Virus record (IMG/VR): IMGVR_UViG_3300027986_000005
Location: 1 to 40,786 of that record
Strand: one strand, 5' to 3'
DNA length: 40,786 bases
DNA from: a virus
Lineage: Duplodnaviria > Caudoviricetes
Positions within the stretch are counted from its first letter, which is position 1; each line of letters opens with the position of its first letter. Positions 16,168 through 25,718 of this stretch are shown piece after piece. A program made the position numbers and the translations under genes. Below the pieces are notes generated by a model that was not told the origin of the DNA, made no database searches, and saw nothing but the letters and a program-made list of their open reading frames with translations.

Positions 16168-16916
16168 TATGGCCCACCTGGATTATTGGGATTTCCTAAA
16201 TAGGTATTCGAATTTCCACCTCCGCCACCATTAGATAGCAAAGCATAGAGAGGAATATTACTCGCTGCTCCAGCATAAGCATTCGCTGCACCGACTTGTC
16301 CCGCACCGACCGCAGCACCTTGCGCGGCTTGAGCTTGTGCAACACCAGTAGCAAGACTAGAGCCAGTATTACCTAAGTTACCGGCAGCATTCTGACCTAG
16401 CCCGGCAATCTGATTCAGACGGTTAAAGACGTTCTGCTGGTTTGTATAATAATTACCCTGATTAGTCTGATAGTTCTGAAGAGCCTGATTGTAATATTGC
16501 TGTTCGTAAGTCCCAGCGAGACCTTGATTAAATATAGCAAGGTCTTTCAGAGCGGCACCAGAATGCGCGCCTATATTCGCAGCGTCAGTATTCTGTGTAG
16601 CTTGGTCACCCTGCTGTAATTGAAATTGATAACCTGGCATCTTGGAAAGGTTCGCAGGATTGAATGAGAAATCCCCATAGCCTTTATTAAAACTTCCATT
16701 AGGTCCGAAGAGTTTATTTAATCCTGTAGTAGCTCCGTGTCCAGCAGTGATAAAGGGTCTTTCATTACCCTGAATCGTATTGAACATCTGCAATTGCGTT
16801 TGTTGCGCGGCTTCGTCTGCATTAGCTTGAGACTGAGCACCGCTCTTAGCGCCTTGTCCTGAAAGATACCCACCGATTAAAGTACCTGCTCCAACAGCGA
16901 CATATCCCCAAGTCAT
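16167..16916 (-). CDS. DNA transfer/pilot protein (P22 gp7-like)
   Basis: Gly/Ala N-terminus; PGYQFQLQQG...SGAALK...Q-LA motif. Confidence 0.8.
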   Translation of the reverse strand: MTWGYVAVGAGTLIGGYLSGQGAKSGAQSQANADEAAQQTQLQMFNTIQGNERPFITAGHGATTGLNKLFGPNGSFNKGYGDFSFNPANLSKMPGYQFQLQQGDQATQNTDAANIGAHSGAALKDLAIFNQGLAGTYEQQYYNQALQNYQTNQGNYYTNQQNVFNRLNQIAGLGQNAAGNLGNTGSSLATGVAQAQAAQGAAVGAGQVGAANAYAGAASNIPLYALLSNGGGGGNSNTYLGNPNNPGGP

Positions 16917-17446
16917 ACATATACCTCTGCTAAAGCGTTCAGGAGGAACCTATCGTCTATAGGTTCTTCGTTTGCAGCTTCTAGAATAGCGAGTCGTTCT
17001 TGAGTCCTATCAAATCCAAGTTCAGGACTAGGTTCTATGAGTTCTCTTTCAAGGCTTTCCAAATCACGGTTTTCAGTGATATGGATGGTTGACCAAACAG
17101 TGTCTTCGTGGATATAGAGGGCTTTCTGAACACCGGCATCGGAGATGAAAGTCATAGGCCCTTCCATCGTCTCGTGAGTCCCGTCTTCTTTAACGAGAGT
17201 CACTTTCCCTTTCTGGATGATATTGAAGTGTTTAGTCTTATGTATTTTGCCGATTACAATAGAACCGGCAGGCATGAAGATTTCCCTCACATAGACATGA
17301 GGTAAGAAATAGTGTTTAAGGGGGCAATCCACCTGTGGGATGGCGGAGAGTTCTTTCGCTAGACTGGCGACCTTCTCTTTCCAAGAAGGTGCTAAAGAAG
17401 TATTTTCCAGACTCGGACCCATAGCAAGCTCCGTATTTAGGGACAC
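16913..17446 (-). CDS. Cupin-fold protein
   Basis: H-F---VY-REI-MPAG----GKIHK--H...S-AG-QKA-Y-HEDTVW-TIH. Confidence 0.7.
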   Translation of the reverse strand: MSLNTELAMGPSLENTSLAPSWKEKVASLAKELSAIPQVDCPLKHYFLPHVYVREIFMPAGSIVIGKIHKTKHFNIIQKGKVTLVKEDGTHETMEGPMTFISDAGVQKALYIHEDTVWSTIHITENRDLESLERELIEPSPELGFDRTQERLAILEAANEEPIDDRFLLNALAEVYV

Positions 17447-17479
17447 TCGCCATAGGCGTAAAGTAATACTAGATTAAGT

Positions 17480-17839
17480 CTATTGAAAGGTCAAGCCTGA
17501 AACGATGATGATTATATCCGCCCCCGTTCCGGCAGAAGCATGTAATGTAGACCCTGCTGGTATGACCATTCCGGCCAGTTCGGGGCTTATATAAGTCTGG
17601 TTTGCAGGAATAGTTAGGGCATTTATAAGGGTGTTTCCAGCGGCTAAAGTACCCCCAGAAGGGACTAAACCTACGGTCAAAGTAATACCGCTATTGGCTG
17701 TATTTATGAAGACAGCCCGGGTTATCTTGGCTGTGACGTTTCCCGACCCAGTAGAAGTCGTAGAAATCGGGGCAGTGTAATAGACTGCATCCGTATTGGT
17801 TAGAAGCTGTGGCGCTACTAGTTGGGCTAACTGAAGCAT
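17480..17839 (-). CDS. Putative virion protein (beta-rich)
   Basis: YTAP...N......T-TV-LVPSGG...TY-SPEL-G family motif; tail region. Confidence 0.65.
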   Translation of the reverse strand: MLQLAQLVAPQLLTNTDAVYYTAPISTTSTGSGNVTAKITRAVFINTANSGITLTVGLVPSGGTLAAGNTLINALTIPANQTYISPELAGMVIPAGSTLHASAGTGADIIIIVSGLTFQ

Positions 17840-18156
17840 GGGATATACCTAATGATACCGTCTATATCTATCGGAATCCAAGTCACTGGAGAACCGTTAG
17901 AACCAGGTTTATTCGTAGCCGTAAAAGTAGCCGTTGCAGAACCTGTATAACCATGCCCGCCTAAACTGTTTATCAGTTCAATGTCGGAAGTCGCCAAAAA
18001 GTCGGCTTCCGCTGTACCGAGTCCAGACCCAATGGTATCTATATATTGTCTCATCAGAAACTGATACCAAGCCGTCGAAACTGTGATAGTTCCTGCTTCT
18101 TTATTTAAGGTTCCTATCGCAGTCGAAAAATCAGGTATCTGTTTCTGTAGACTCAT
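17827..18156 (-). CDS. Putative tail needle/plug protein (gp26-position)
   Basis: Follows gp10-like gene; AWYQFL N-terminal motif. Confidence 0.55.
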   Translation of the reverse strand: MSLQKQIPDFSTAIGTLNKEAGTITVSTAWYQFLMRQYIDTIGSGLGTAEADFLATSDIELINSLGGHGYTGSATATFTATNKPGSNGSPVTWIPIDIDGIIRYIPCFS

Positions 18157-19994
18157 GAACCCATCGCCCTTAAAGTAGCCCCGACTATATCTCTTTTAAC
18201 CGGGTCTATGATTTCTATTTCAGCAACACTTCCTCTAGTCCAGCCTAACTTACGCCAGATACAACGGTTCATATAGTTACCGATTGCTCCAATAGCTGAA
18301 TAGATAGGTTCACCGTAAGTAGTTCCATAGTCTCTTGAAATACGAAGTCTAGCTTGTGGGTTTGAACCCATATTGATAGCATTTCCTTGCCCTGGTGAAA
18401 ATTCAACCTGTAAAGAAGTCATCTGCACCCTTTGTCTGTTGTCTTTATCCCATATGAAAGGAGAACGTCTCTGACAACGGATAGGCCATCCCGCGTCTGT
18501 ATAAGCGGCTCGGGTCATCTGATACAAAGCACCGTTCTGATAATCCCCGACGACTCTCATTCCACCTATATTCATGAAGCAGTTAGGTCTCTCTCTATGG
18601 AAAGAGTTTGCATAAGGGTCATAAGAAAGTCTCTGTGTCCAAGAAAATTGTGCTGGAACAGTCGCGTCATAAACCCAAGTTCTATCTGCGGAAGGGAATG
18701 TTAAGACATAAAACTCATGCCCATCTTCTTCATAAGAATAACCTATAGCATCTGAGGTTATCGTATAGGTCGAGATAGCATCAGAAATAGCGGGAGTAGA
18801 AACTACTTCAGTAGAATAACCCTTCGTCTTTAATACAATGTTTTCTCCGCGTTCCGACCGTCCTAACCATATCAAAGAGTCTTCTGAACCTGATTTAAGA
18901 CGTGAGATTGAGTTTACAGCTTTACAACCGTATTGCTGCATCGTCCCTGCGAGTCTTTGGAAGGGGAAGTATTGCCCACCCGCGTTGTACCAAATCTCTG
19001 TAGTTCTTTCACCGATTAACCAAAGAAGTTCTTTATTATCTACAGCCGCCATCAAGTTATCTGAAGCACCGTCTTTCAATGCGAAATAGATGGCGTTATA
19101 GGTGCCAGAGTAAATAGGCTGGTTTGTATAGAATGTCTGTGAATTCGGCTGTGTGATGATGAACCAACCGTCTATATAAGCTACGTAAGAAGCACCGGTA
19201 AAACTGGTTAATTGTGGGTCAGTGATTTGTCCAAAGACAGGAATGGTTATTGTAATCGTATCTGCCGCATTCGTATTAGTGGCATTCTTAGACATAGTTA
19301 GTTTAAGAGTGCTTCCGGTAATAGCGGTAAGAGTGGTATTCGCAGGAACGTAACCACTGGTATCGGTTATGGTCGCATTAGGAGTGACTAAAAGAGCAGC
19401 AGGGATACTTGCAACGGTGATAGTCGGAGACCCTGAAGATACACCTCCTGTGAAAGTCACCGTCTGTTGAACGCCTGAAAGAAGATAATAATAGACATTC
19501 GTACCATCTACTATGATAGCCATCCCGCCGTTATTATTATCTCTAATCGTCACTGGACCGCTATTGGTCAATAGAGTACCGACATTCTTAAGAGTGAGAG
19601 TTCCAGGAGTTTGAGTTGCACCTTGTACACCTGCCGTAACTAGATAACAGGTATTCCCTATTACGACTAATCCAGTGCTAAATCCGGGAAGGTTATAAGC
19701 TCCTCTTACTGGAAGATTCGTAACAGAGGAAGGAACGGGCCAAGTGGTAGTCTGATTTCCAGGAGCGCCACCACCTGGGGCAGAAACAAGTTGAATTAAA
19801 CCGGGGCGGCCTAATAGAGCTACCGCAGTCTTAGAAGTAGCGGAAGCTGCTAATCCTTGATAAACAGGAGGCGGAGAAGGAGTGGCTTCGACATACCAGT
19901 TTATGCAGGTCTGAGAATCCTGATACTGGTCAGGAGTCGTATTTTCAGAACCTACGAAACCCCAGTCACCGAATAAATCAAGAGCCACGACCAT
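18153..19994 (-). CDS. Tail hub / packaged-DNA stabilisation protein (P22 gp10-like)
   Basis: INWY-E, YIDGWF, TTEIWYN-G, YEEDGHEFYVLTFP, SRD-G-T, WRKLG motifs. Confidence 0.9.
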   Translation of the reverse strand: MVVALDLFGDWGFVGSENTTPDQYQDSQTCINWYVEATPSPPPVYQGLAASATSKTAVALLGRPGLIQLVSAPGGGAPGNQTTTWPVPSSVTNLPVRGAYNLPGFSTGLVVIGNTCYLVTAGVQGATQTPGTLTLKNVGTLLTNSGPVTIRDNNNGGMAIIVDGTNVYYYLLSGVQQTVTFTGGVSSGSPTITVASIPAALLVTPNATITDTSGYVPANTTLTAITGSTLKLTMSKNATNTNAADTITITIPVFGQITDPQLTSFTGASYVAYIDGWFIITQPNSQTFYTNQPIYSGTYNAIYFALKDGASDNLMAAVDNKELLWLIGERTTEIWYNAGGQYFPFQRLAGTMQQYGCKAVNSISRLKSGSEDSLIWLGRSERGENIVLKTKGYSTEVVSTPAISDAISTYTITSDAIGYSYEEDGHEFYVLTFPSADRTWVYDATVPAQFSWTQRLSYDPYANSFHRERPNCFMNIGGMRVVGDYQNGALYQMTRAAYTDAGWPIRCQRRSPFIWDKDNRQRVQMTSLQVEFSPGQGNAINMGSNPQARLRISRDYGTTYGEPIYSAIGAIGNYMNRCIWRKLGWTRGSVAEIEIIDPVKRDIVGATLRAMGS

Positions 19995-20949
19995 ACCCTC
20001 CGTGGAGGATAAATCCGTAGTCTCCGCGAGGGCTTGAGGTCAACATATTGTCGTAATGCGCCATCATAGCGGGCTGGGCATTGAGAGCTTTGATAGGCGC
20101 TAGAGCATCTGCCGCGTGTTTTGTAAGCATCGGGGGGATTTCCTGACTCACATACTCCGGCCATAATTGTAATGCAAGATTCCATTTCAAAGCTAAGGCA
20201 TAGCCCATAGGTAACTGGAATGTATCCGTCAAAGCTACGTTTGATAGGATGGTATCCGAGAACATATAGAATTGAGCAGAGTTATTAGGCGTCTGGTAGA
20301 CGTTCAAAACCCCATAAGGATACTGAGGATTAAACCATCCAACAGTCGGCCAAGGTCCGGGCTGGGCTTTATACAGGATTGAATTGTATTCATCCTGCGT
20401 AGCGTAAACATCTAGCGTGTAATCCAACTGAGAGAATCGTGTAAACCCGCCTGTGATTCGATTGGGGCGGTTCATAACGAAATCGCCAGGAACTGTATAA
20501 CCGATGCTATCCGTACCCGTGGAAGGCGTAGCGGTCGCGTTAGCGCTCATGGTTATTGTAGTCGCGCCGATGCTTAAGACAGTCGTCCCCGAGGGAATTA
20601 CATTAGCAACATCGATAAGAGTAGACCCTACCGCAAGGTCAGAGGGGATATTCGTGACACTAGAGATAGTCGGAGAACCGCTAGATAGCGTTCCGGTGAA
20701 ATTAGGTTCGCCTAACTGAGCGTTTGTAGGATTACCTATCTTGTAGGAAGCTTGTCCAGGAACCCAGGTGAAGATGTTTACGTTAGAGCCGTAGATATAA
20801 TTCTTATTCAGACTCCAAGAATCCAGCATGAAATTAAGAGCTTCAAGACAATCCGATTGGTCGAACTGCGCGATAGTCTCACCAGATTGATAAGACTGGA
20901 TTCCCCTGAGGGCGGATTTGATGATGCTGAGACCGGATGCAGTTGCCAT
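19978..20949 (-). CDS. Head-to-tail adaptor (P22 gp4-like) with internal insertion
   Basis: II--ALR...GE...D-LEALN-MLDSW and P-GY--AL-WNLA--L-PEY motifs. Confidence 0.8.
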   Translation of the reverse strand: MATASGLSIIKSALRGIQSYQSGETIAQFDQSDCLEALNFMLDSWSLNKNYIYGSNVNIFTWVPGQASYKIGNPTNAQLGEPNFTGTLSSGSPTISSVTNIPSDLAVGSTLIDVANVIPSGTTVLSIGATTITMSANATATPSTGTDSIGYTVPGDFVMNRPNRITGGFTRFSQLDYTLDVYATQDEYNSILYKAQPGPWPTVGWFNPQYPYGVLNVYQTPNNSAQFYMFSDTILSNVALTDTFQLPMGYALALKWNLALQLWPEYVSQEIPPMLTKHAADALAPIKALNAQPAMMAHYDNMLTSSPRGDYGFILHGGYGRGS

Positions 20950-21197
20950 TATGGATATGCTATCGAGAGTTTAGGGTTCCCGACTGAGAGTGTAACAGCA
21001 CTATTAGCCACTATGTTAGTGGTTCCCGAAGAGGGATTTTGAGCAGTTACAACGTCGAAAGTACCGGATAACCAGTTGACGGTTATCGGCCAATTCCCGA
21101 AGTAACCTATTGAAGATGGAACCAGGATGCCAGCATTCGTTAGCGAAGTCTGAGCGTCCTGTAAGTTCAATCCCACCACATTAGGCATGGTGGCCAC
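20949..21197 (-). CDS. Stand-alone PASTA-domain protein
   Basis: MPNVVGLNLQDAQTSLTNAGI...VVTAQNPSSGT...AVTLSVG matches the PASTA consensus; GTG 21197 or ATG 21188 start. Confidence 0.8.
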   Translation of the reverse strand: MATMPNVVGLNLQDAQTSLTNAGILVPSSIGYFGNWPITVNWLSGTFDVVTAQNPSSGTTNIVANSAVTLSVGNPKLSIAYP

Positions 21198-21199
21198 GG

Positions 21200-21883
21200 T
21201 TAGACGGGGACTTCTTCCCAAGTCAGGGTACCGGCGCAGCTTACCGCCACAGGAGTACCAGAACCCAAGAGAGCAATCACACCACCAGGGGGAACCTGGA
21301 AGCATCCATCAAAGTTCTCCACGCCACCCGGAGAGGCCATCTGTAGGCCAGCGGCAGTCTGAAGGGTGGAAAGGTTTGACATGATGGTAGGGAGAGAAGA
21401 ACCGCGAATAGCGGCAAGAGTGCCCGTCATACCTGTAAGAGCAGCACCATTACCAAATACCTTTGCATTTGAACCTGATGCCTGAAGGGTTTTGGCATTG
21501 GTAGGAGTTGCGCCCGTGGTAATAGCGTTATTACCCAAAGACGATGCCCACACATAAGGACCAGGGCCGGTTTCCTGCAAGGCCGTAAGGATAGTGACCA
21601 AACAAGCCTGAAGGATTACGCAGTTGACGTTATTGGAAAGCGGATTCCACAAACCAAGGATAGGGGTTGCGGTAGCACCCGTAGTAGCAATAGTGAAAGT
21701 AGCATTGGTGATTGCCTGAACCGCAGTGCCACCACCATAGAAAACGTTTCCTCTATAAGCCTGCTCATAGAAACGACCATGGAGTTCCGAGACCATGAGT
21801 TCGCCCTGCTTACCACCTCGGGCAGCAGCGGCAATATTCCCATCAGAAGCAAGCTGGGGGCCGGTAATAGGTTGGATAATCAT
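21200..21883 (-). CDS. Putative virion structural protein
   Basis: Ala/Gly/Thr-rich; AAGGA RBS; head-completion region. Confidence 0.7.
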   Translation of the reverse strand: MIIQPITGPQLASDGNIAAAARGGKQGELMVSELHGRFYEQAYRGNVFYGGGTAVQAITNATFTIATTGATATPILGLWNPLSNNVNCVILQACLVTILTALQETGPGPYVWASSLGNNAITTGATPTNAKTLQASGSNAKVFGNGAALTGMTGTLAAIRGSSLPTIMSNLSTLQTAAGLQMASPGGVENFDGCFQVPPGGVIALLGSGTPVAVSCAGTLTWEEVPV

Positions 21884-21894
21884 TTCAGTGTCCT

Positions 21895-22137
21895 TTAATT
21901 AGGGTCTGCGCCAGTATCAGCAAGGGCTATGTTTGTATACATAACCATATACTCAACCCACTGACCTTGGGGTGGGGATGAGGTATTGGCCATAGAAACA
22001 GTATTGTTTCCAGTCCAAATGTAAGTCTTGCCAGTATCGTGTTCGTAAAACTGAGCTGAGAAATCACACAGAGCCGGCTTAGTATCAGACGATAGTCCGA
22101 TAAAAAGCTGATTAGAACGATTCCCTCCGACTACCAT
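21895..22137 (-). CDS. Small hypothetical virion protein
   Basis: GLSSDTKP...FYEHDTGK-YIW motif; likely ATG 22137 overlapping upstream stop. Confidence 0.6.
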   Translation of the reverse strand: MVVGGNRSNQLFIGLSSDTKPALCDFSAQFYEHDTGKTYIWTGNNTVSMANTSSPPQGQWVEYMVMYTNIALADTGADPN

Positions 22138-22871
22138 TAGGAAGCAACTCGTGGGCTGGTATACCACTGTCCGGCCACACCACAGATGAATGTAGTAGAT
22201 GTCAAAGCGGACATGGCATAACCCGCATTAGCCGAAAGAGCATTGATAGTCTCTGTCGTAGTACCACCCGCATTAGGGAACACGGTGATGGTATTCGTCG
22301 CAGAAGTACATGCTACGGTGATGGACATTCCCGGTGCTGAAGCGGGAAGCGTGATGGAATAGTTAGACCCAGCACTGCTTACAAAGTTAAGCAAAGCCGT
22401 TACAGCAGTTCCCGAACCCTGAGTACCCGTCGCATTGCCAGCAATAGAGGCATACTTAAGAGTCTGAAGGCCAGCCTGTTTCGTATAACCCGTGGAAAGC
22501 CCTTCCGAATACCAAGACCCAGCAGTCACGCAGGTATAGATGACCAAAGAGTTGGCCATCTGAGAGACGCCAGTAGCGGTAGCAACGTCATCGATAGTTG
22601 CGCCCTCCTGAAGGTTTCCATATACCTGCATGGCATTCGCGCCATGATTGATGACCATGAGTTCCATACCAGGCTGGGAAGCTGGCAAAGCGACGGAATC
22701 AGCCGCCGTTGCAACCGTGGTGATACGGGAAGTCATAGTGGTGATTGGGAAGGCAGTCGCCTGGGTTCCCGAAGCAGTCGCGGTTATATTATCCTGGAAA
22801 GATTCCAGATAATAATCACCTGACTGAAGAGGAACCCCAGCGGCAAATACACCTAGTGCGCGTCCGACCAT
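22137..22871 (-). CDS. Putative capsid decoration/fibre protein with tandem duplicated domain
   Basis: Two copies of A-GTQ...LPAS-PGM---V......V...I...G-WY. Confidence 0.7.
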   Translation of the reverse strand: MVGRALGVFAAGVPLQSGDYYLESFQDNITATASGTQATAFPITTMTSRITTVATAADSVALPASQPGMELMVINHGANAMQVYGNLQEGATIDDVATATGVSQMANSLVIYTCVTAGSWYSEGLSTGYTKQAGLQTLKYASIAGNATGTQGSGTAVTALLNFVSSAGSNYSITLPASAPGMSITVACTSATNTITVFPNAGGTTTETINALSANAGYAMSALTSTTFICGVAGQWYTSPRVAS

Positions 22872-22880
22872 GTTAGTTCC

Positions 22881-23282
22881 TTACCAGTCCAACTGGTTAC
22901 CAGAGGTAGGAGCGGTCCAGTTCGGCTGAGTACGAAGGACAGTGACCACATAAGTACCCGCAGCAGGAGTCGGGGTACCGGTGGAATTGCTCCAAGTGAT
23001 AGCCAAGGTGTCCGCTGCGGAAACTCGGGCCGACCCAAGAGCCACGTTAGCCGTCTGAGCTCCGGAGTAAGTCACAAAGACAATATCCGTGGTCAGGAGG
23101 CCGATACCCGTCGCAGAGTAGGTCTGTTCAGCGATAGCCGGACCCGAACCCAAAGCGGTAGGGGTCAAACTGAGGTTGAAGTTACCGACTTTCCAGAGGT
23201 TACCTATCGGATACCAAATCTGGTCAGGGGCTAGGACAGTAGTCGGTCCCGGGTTGGAGCCGCTGATGTTAGTGTTAGACAT
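22881..23282 (-). CDS. Putative capsid decoration protein
   Basis: Directly after coat; ARVSAADTLAI-W-N motif; AAGGAG RBS. Confidence 0.65.
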   Translation of the reverse strand: MSNTNISGSNPGPTTVLAPDQIWYPIGNLWKVGNFNLSLTPTALGSGPAIAEQTYSATGIGLLTTDIVFVTYSGAQTANVALGSARVSAADTLAITWSNSTGTPTPAAGTYVVTVLRTQPNWTAPTSGNQLDW

Positions 23283-23293
23283 GTGTTTTCTCC

Positions 23294-24670
23294 TTAACCC
23301 GAGACCCGAACACCCAAGCTACGATAGAGGCTTGCGAATCCGTAAGCCACATCGAGTCGGGTAGGTTCGGCATCATTGTTGATGGTGTACTGAGTGCAGA
23401 TGCGGATGCTCATACCAAGGTCTTCGTCATAGGCTCGGCTTGCTTCAACCGCTGTACGGGGGAGAGGCAGGTCAACCATTGCCAAGGCAAAGGCATCACG
23501 GTGGAAGTATAGATTTTCAGTGGTGGCAGTTGCCAAAGCAGTACCACCGTTCAGAGTCACGGTATACGGTGAGACAGGAGCCGTGCAGTTCTGGAACTGA
23601 CCACCTGAAATCACACACTCACCGATGGTCACAGTCAACAGACCACCACTGGTTGCGGTATAGAGACCCGCATTCGTACCAGTAGCCGTGAAAGTACCGT
23701 GGTTAAGAGTGGCGCTGGCGAACACCGGACCGCCCGGCGAAGCTGCCCCCTGCACCTGGGTATAACCACCCGGGGGCAATACGACAAACTGCTTAAGTAC
23801 GTTACCGTACTGGCTGCGGTTCTGCGGGTTAACAGGATAGACACCCTTAATCTGGATAGTATCACCGACCTTACATGCGGCAGAGCTAGTAGTAAGACCG
23901 GAGAGTTCCAGAGTACCAGTCTGAGCGAAACCAGTCGTCAGGAGTGCAGTACCGCCTGAAGGAGAAGTAGCTGCCGCAAGGACCGGAGTACCCAACAGGG
24001 AACCCGTGGTGTAGTTGGCGATATTGGCATCTTCGAACCAATCCGCACCAGCGGTCTTCTTGGCAATCAGGCCATTCTCATAAGCATCGGCAATCTGAAT
24101 CTGCGGGTTATAGAGACCCTTCACAGAATCAGCCATCGCGCTGTTAGCGAACGGATGAAGGACAGCCGTAGGAGTCATACCCTTTGGCATTCCCTCAGAG
24201 ACCAAGTAGGCTCGGGCATCTGAGAATGATTTAAAAGCAGTCGGCGGAGTACCAGGGGTACCGGTACGGTTCGCAGTGTTCTGCATGGCGAAGTAAGCGC
24301 CGTCAGAATCGATGCGGTTTGCTACAGCTTTACAAGCGGGCATGATGAACCGTTCCGAGAATTCATCAATATCCAGTGCGAAGTTGATAGTGCTGAACTG
24401 CATATCAACGTGGTACTGGTAGAGAATCGAAACGGGGAAGTAATTCTCGACAGCAGCTTCTACGTTAAGAGCCGGGCCGAACGTACCGATATAACGAGGG
24501 GGGACACGGACGTTACACGTACCGCCAATCTTCTCGCCTTTCCTGCCGAATTCCTTATCGTACTGACGGTTAAACTTGTCCGTCAAAATACATTCGTTAG
24601 CAAGGACCGGAAGGGCCTCATTCGTTATCATCGAAATCGTGAGGAGGGTATTTCCCGCCATGGTAGTCAC
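23294..24670 (-). CDS. Major capsid protein (P22 coat-like)
   Basis: N-LLTI-MIT-EAL-VL-N, KIG-T--VR-P, FHRDAFALA--DL, RLDV-YG motifs; start GTG 24670 or ATG 24661. Confidence 0.93.
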   Translation of the reverse strand: MTTMAGNTLLTISMITNEALPVLANECILTDKFNRQYDKEFGRKGEKIGGTCNVRVPPRYIGTFGPALNVEAAVENYFPVSILYQYHVDMQFSTINFALDIDEFSERFIMPACKAVANRIDSDGAYFAMQNTANRTGTPGTPPTAFKSFSDARAYLVSEGMPKGMTPTAVLHPFANSAMADSVKGLYNPQIQIADAYENGLIAKKTAGADWFEDANIANYTTGSLLGTPVLAAATSPSGGTALLTTGFAQTGTLELSGLTTSSAACKVGDTIQIKGVYPVNPQNRSQYGNVLKQFVVLPPGGYTQVQGAASPGGPVFASATLNHGTFTATGTNAGLYTATSGGLLTVTIGECVISGGQFQNCTAPVSPYTVTLNGGTALATATTENLYFHRDAFALAMVDLPLPRTAVEASRAYDEDLGMSIRICTQYTINNDAEPTRLDVAYGFASLYRSLGVRVSG

Positions 24671-24692
24671 TCCGAAACATTAGTTTGTTCCG

Positions 24693-25718
24693 TCAGTGCC
24701 TTTTGCGTAGCCCTAGCTTGACCTTGTGCTTCTCTTGCCAGTGAGACTTGTATTCCTGGAAGGACATTTCACTTACAGGTTTCTCAACTTGCGAAGCACT
24801 GCCGGTTTCTAGCGGCTTGATAGGCTCTGGACGGGCCTTACTCGGCTTGATGCCGTTAGTGCTCGGAGCTGGCTTGGTAGCCTTTCCGTCTTCTAGCTCG
24901 GACTTTGCGTCCGTGGTGGCTTTCTCAGAATTACCCGAGAATGGCTTAAGTGTACTCTCTATTTTACCGATTGCAACAAGCTGTTTAGTAGGGCTCAATT
25001 TCATAATATTATCAAGCACTTCGGGATTCTTAGCGAAGTGATAACCCAACTCCGCGAACATGTCCGATTCTTGCATATAACCGGCGATAGTCTGACTAAC
25101 AGGGTGTTTGTCATCGTCAACCGAAGCCAAGACTTCATCGAAATCAGGCACCAGTTCACGGGCCTTTTCGATACGTGCAATAGCTTGAGCAGCAGCTTCC
25201 CTCTGTAAATCCTCAAGGGCCTTCTTATGGTCCTCGGCTTCCTTAGCTTTAAGCTTCTGGTCTACCCTGAAATCAATCATGGCATCCGCGTATTCTTTAT
25301 CGGTCTTAAAGTTGGCGCGGTCAGGCTCCTTCGCCTCCTCTACTTTCGGAGCGGGCGTGAGCTGTTCGCGGAGCCTCTGTGCCTCACGCTCGGCCTTTTC
25401 AGCACGGCGGTCTGCCAAGATACGGGCGTTATACTGTTCCTCAGCCAGTTCCTCAGCCTCCTTCTTTTCGCGGTGCTTCTTACCGATGGTCTTTTTCATG
25501 TTCTCGGTAAAAGTGGCCTTTTGTTCGGGGGTCAGGCCGTCATCATCTTCCTCCGGCTCTGATTTAGTTTCAGTCTTAACCTCAGTCTTGAGCTCCTCTT
25601 TAGGAACTTCTTTAGGCAACGGCTCTCCCCTTGCTTCGGCCAATACAGCATCAAGATTGGTGTTATCAATCACCACATGAGTAGGCTTAATCTCTACATT
25701 AACCTTTTCGTCACTCAC
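24693..25718 (-). CDS. Scaffolding protein
   Basis: Highly charged helical protein between portal and coat; IGKIE and MS--EY motifs. Confidence 0.85.
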   Translation of the reverse strand: MSDEKVNVEIKPTHVVIDNTNLDAVLAEARGEPLPKEVPKEELKTEVKTETKSEPEEDDDGLTPEQKATFTENMKKTIGKKHREKKEAEELAEEQYNARILADRRAEKAEREAQRLREQLTPAPKVEEAKEPDRANFKTDKEYADAMIDFRVDQKLKAKEAEDHKKALEDLQREAAAQAIARIEKARELVPDFDEVLASVDDDKHPVSQTIAGYMQESDMFAELGYHFAKNPEVLDNIMKLSPTKQLVAIGKIESTLKPFSGNSEKATTDAKSELEDGKATKPAPSTNGIKPSKARPEPIKPLETGSASQVEKPVSEMSFQEYKSHWQEKHKVKLGLRKRH

